Virus record (IMG/VR): IMGVR_UViG_3300045972_000025
Span: 1 to 58,678 of that record
From: a virus
Taxonomy: Duplodnaviria; Caudoviricetes
Strand: one strand, 5' to 3'
DNA length: 58,678 nucleotides
A program made the position numbers and the translations under genes. The notes beneath the pieces are model-generated. The model worked only from the letters and a program-made list of their open reading frames with translations. It was not told the DNA's origin and did not search any database. Every line of letters starts with the position of its first letter. Positions within the stretch are counted from its first letter, which is position 1. Positions 56,543 through 58,678 of this stretch are shown here, piece by piece.

Positions 56543-56685
56543 TGGCTAACTATCCAAAACCACTGCGTCTCTGGCAGAAGCTGTCTGTGCTTCGTAGTGG
56601 GTTGAAACGAGCACCCAATGGTCGAGCCATGATCTATGTTGGTTGTAACCACTTCAGGCCTAGACAGTTACGGAGATTGAGATAA
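56542..56685 (+). CDS. Small basic hypothetical protein (47 aa, not in ORF track)
   Basis: TAATG stop/start overlap; MANYPKPLRLWQKL...RRLR. Confidence 0.35.
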   Translation: MANYPKPLRLWQKLSVLRSGLKRAPNGRAMIYVGCNHFRPRQLRRLR

Positions 56686-56689
56686 AAGG

Positions 56690-56722
56690 TTATCCAATCT
56701 CGCTAATCCCCAGTAATATAGT
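56690..56722 (+). promoter_or_regulatory. Early promoter copy 4
   Basis: TTATCC-N17-GTAATATAGT. Confidence 0.7.
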
Positions 56723-56739
56723 GAACCAAGGAGGAAATA

Positions 56740-57426
56740 ATGGCTAAAACCGCTGTCGTTCCTGATGTCTTCGGACTGGCTCCTGTGCTGGCTCCCAAGG
56801 AGAAGGGTAAGAAAGAGAAGGCTGGTGTGCCTTCTGGTCCCGCCCTGGCCTATGTCGCTGCCATCGACTACATCATGAAGTCCCTCAAGGGTGTCCGTGA
56901 GACCTACGAAGGCATGCTCAAGGATGAGATGCTGGATCGGTTCGTGGAACAGGGGATGGAACACAAGAAGCGTCCTGACAACTACCGTGGCGTGAACGGT
57001 ATGGGCGAGGCTTCCTGCGAGATGCGAAAGCGTTCCACTGCCTCTCCTCTGACAGAGACTGAAGTCGAGGAACTCGCCAAGCTCAAGATCGAGGTCCAGC
57101 TGGAGACGGTCCAGGAAGAGATGTTCGTCTTCAACGCTGAAGTACTGAAGAATCCTGAGCTCCGTGCCAAGATCTCGGCAGCTTTCGCCAAGATCGATTT
57201 CGGTGAGCTCCAGCCCATCTCGAAGATCGAAGCTCAGAAGAAGTACGTCGCTTCCGAAGAGAGCATCGAAGAAGTCTTCAAGAAGGCTAAGGACAGCAAG
57301 ATCTGCTCCAAGCTGGTCTCGATGTTGACTACTCTGGCTGTGAAGTCTAAGTGGAGTGGCACCAAGCACGATGCCTTCACCCTACTGTCAGAAGAATCTG
57401 AAACTGTGGACCGTATCGAGCTCTAA
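56740..57426 (+). CDS. Hypothetical early protein
   Basis: GGAGG RBS; strong GC3 codon bias. Confidence 0.75.
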   Translation: MAKTAVVPDVFGLAPVLAPKEKGKKEKAGVPSGPALAYVAAIDYIMKSLKGVRETYEGMLKDEMLDRFVEQGMEHKKRPDNYRGVNGMGEASCEMRKRSTASPLTETEVEELAKLKIEVQLETVQEEMFVFNAEVLKNPELRAKISAAFAKIDFGELQPISKIEAQKKYVASEESIEEVFKKAKDSKICSKLVSMLTTLAVKSKWSGTKHDAFTLLSEESETVDRIEL

Positions 57427-57438
57427 TAAGGGGTTACG

Positions 57439-58017
57439 ATGTACGGACCTCGTCCGGAGAAGGCTATCGATCCATCCGAGTTGGGAAGATTTGAACAACT
57501 CGGATGGATCGGCCAATTGAAGCTCAACGGTACATATACTATCTACGACAACAATGTATATACAAGACATCAGGAAAAGCACAAGCTGTGGGATCCCGTT
57601 TCTAGCAAAGCTATGGTGGAGCTCTGGAAACTGAAAGATACAACAATCTGTGCTGAGCTTCTTCATAAGAAAGTCAGCGGTGGACACCAGGATACCTTGT
57701 ATGTTCATGATCTGTTAACTCATCGAGGTGAAGATCTCGTAGGTTCCACCTACAGAGAAAGGTATAAGCTTCTGATGAACCTCTTCGAGCTCAAGGACAA
57801 TGGGGATTTGGGTCATTTAGTCGTTAATAAGAATCTATGGGTCAGCAGGTGGTTAACCCAGGGATTTAAGTCTGTATTTGATTCTATCACAGATCCAGAG
57901 GTGGAAGGTTTGGTCCTGAAGAATCCTGGAGCTAAGCTGGCATTCTGTGGAAAAGCTGGAAATAATGGGTTCTGGCAGATTAAGTGTCGGAAACCTCATA
58001 AGAATTACTCTTTCTAG
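57439..58017 (+). CDS. ATP-dependent ligase-like nucleotidyltransferase domain (no OB-fold)
   Basis: Motif I QLKLNG, III CAEL, IIIa YVHDLL, IV EGLVLK, V QIKCR. Confidence 0.7.
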   Translation: MYGPRPEKAIDPSELGRFEQLGWIGQLKLNGTYTIYDNNVYTRHQEKHKLWDPVSSKAMVELWKLKDTTICAELLHKKVSGGHQDTLYVHDLLTHRGEDLVGSTYRERYKLLMNLFELKDNGDLGHLVVNKNLWVSRWLTQGFKSVFDSITDPEVEGLVLKNPGAKLAFCGKAGNNGFWQIKCRKPHKNYSF

Positions 58018-58073
58018 AAGACTCTATATAGACGCTGGGTGTAGCATCTATTAGATAATTTCATATAATTTTA

Positions 58074-58106
58074 TTGTCTATTTCCGGCAGAATGACGTAA
58101 TCTAGT
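58074..58106 (+). promoter_or_regulatory. Early promoter copy 5
   Basis: TTGTCT-N17-GTAATCTAGT. Confidence 0.6.
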
Positions 58107-58120
58107 GTAGGAGGAAGTCC

Positions 58121-58678
58121 ATGAAGCTCGCAAGCATGCAGGAAGCTGGGGATGTTCAGGTCGCTGCCACCGTTGGAACCCAGCGGACGTTCCAGATCCA
58201 CAACAACATCAAGAGCTTCCGGATTCTGTCCGATGGGCTCTACAGTGATAAGGTAACTGCCGTCATCCGTGAGCTCTCCTGCAATGCCTGGGACAGTCAT
58301 GTGGCTGCTGGCAAGGTCAGCGTTCCCTTCGAGATCCACTTCCCTAACGGTCTGGAACCTTGGTTCAGCGTCCGGGACTTCGGTATCGGGCTGTGTGAAG
58401 AGGATGTCTACAACCTCTACACCACGTACTTCAGTAGCTCCAAGGACCAGTCGAACGATTTCATCGGCGCTCTCGGTCTCGGTTCTAAGTCTCCGTTCAG
58501 CTACTGTGAGACCTTTACCGTTACGGTGAACTTCAATGGCATGAAGCAGATCTTCAGCGCCTTCATCAGTGAGGAAGGTCTCCCCACCATTATCAAGATG
58601 CATGAGGAAGCTACCACTGAAGGCAATGGCCTGGAAGTCAAGTTCCCAGTGAAGCGTGACGACATCAATGCTTTCCAC
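58121..58678 (+). CDS. rIIA: rIIA-like protein (GHKL/Hsp90-type ATPase domain), 3'-truncated; absent from ORF track
   Basis: Translates to ...FRILSDGLYSDKVTAVIRELSCNAWDSH...FSVRDFGIGL...YTTYFSSSKDQSNDFIGALGLGSKSPFSY; AGGAGG RBS. Confidence 0.88.
   Translation, partial: MKLASMQEAGDVQVAATVGTQRTFQIHNNIKSFRILSDGLYSDKVTAVIRELSCNAWDSHVAAGKVSVPFEIHFPNGLEPWFSVRDFGIGLCEEDVYNLYTTYFSSSKDQSNDFIGALGLGSKSPFSYCETFTVTVNFNGMKQIFSAFISEEGLPTIIKMHEEATTEGNGLEVKFPVKRDDINAFH

Noticed and set aside
56668-57369. 233-aa minus-strand ORF
   Set aside because: Antisense shadow of the GC3-biased + strand gene 56740..57426, which has a promoter and RBS.
54387-58110. Repeated GTTATCC...GTAATCTAGT as CRISPR-like or att repeats
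   Set aside because: Copies are hundreds of bases apart, have a variable fixed-length spacer and precede RBS+ATG, which fits promoters.
1-58678. Stop-codon recoding (as in some large phages)
   Set aside because: Standard-code ORFs tile the window densely, and TAA, TAG and TGA all end genes at sensible boundaries.
1-58678. tRNA, rRNA or CRISPR array
   Set aside because: I saw no cloverleaf/T-loop signature or regularly spaced direct repeats, and intergenic gaps are short. This was by eye only; tRNAscan/CRISPR tools were not run.
58061-58678. 205-aa minus-strand ORF and 86-aa + ORF at 58269
   Set aside because: Shadows of the rIIA-like gene starting at 58121.

Overview
A segment of a large tailed dsDNA bacteriophage genome (contractile-tailed, myovirus-type; standard genetic code; almost all genes on the + strand). 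Bases 1-51.1 kb are an AT-rich late/virion region. It holds the tail sheath and tube, prohead protease, scaffold, decoration protein, HK97-type major capsid, several large acidic probable internal-head proteins, a GIY-YIG homing endonuclease, terminase large subunit, portal, tail proteins and three tandem beta-helix tailspikes. A family-A DNA polymerase and a stand-alone primase Zn-finger sit between terminase and portal. After an Hsp20 and a metallophosphoesterase on the - strand, the right end (from ~54.4 kb) is a more GC-rich, early-type region of small genes with repeated promoters, ending in a truncated rIIA-like gene. Most interesting: (i) a recurring basic 'SRLL..K/R-x-A' leader/linker on head-region proteins and on enzyme domains (2H phosphodiesterase, HExxH zincin, SAM methyltransferase, ADP-ribosyltransferase-like, DUF4375-like, sigma-like), suggesting a capsid-packaged, protease-processed effector payload that may include an injected sigma-like factor; (ii) two distinct conserved promoter classes alongside three sigma-like proteins; (iii) an hsp20 transcript with a ROSE-like thermometer whose predicted 5' and 3' ends are perfectly complementary over 13 nt. 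All protein calls come from motif recognition by eye; no database searches were run.
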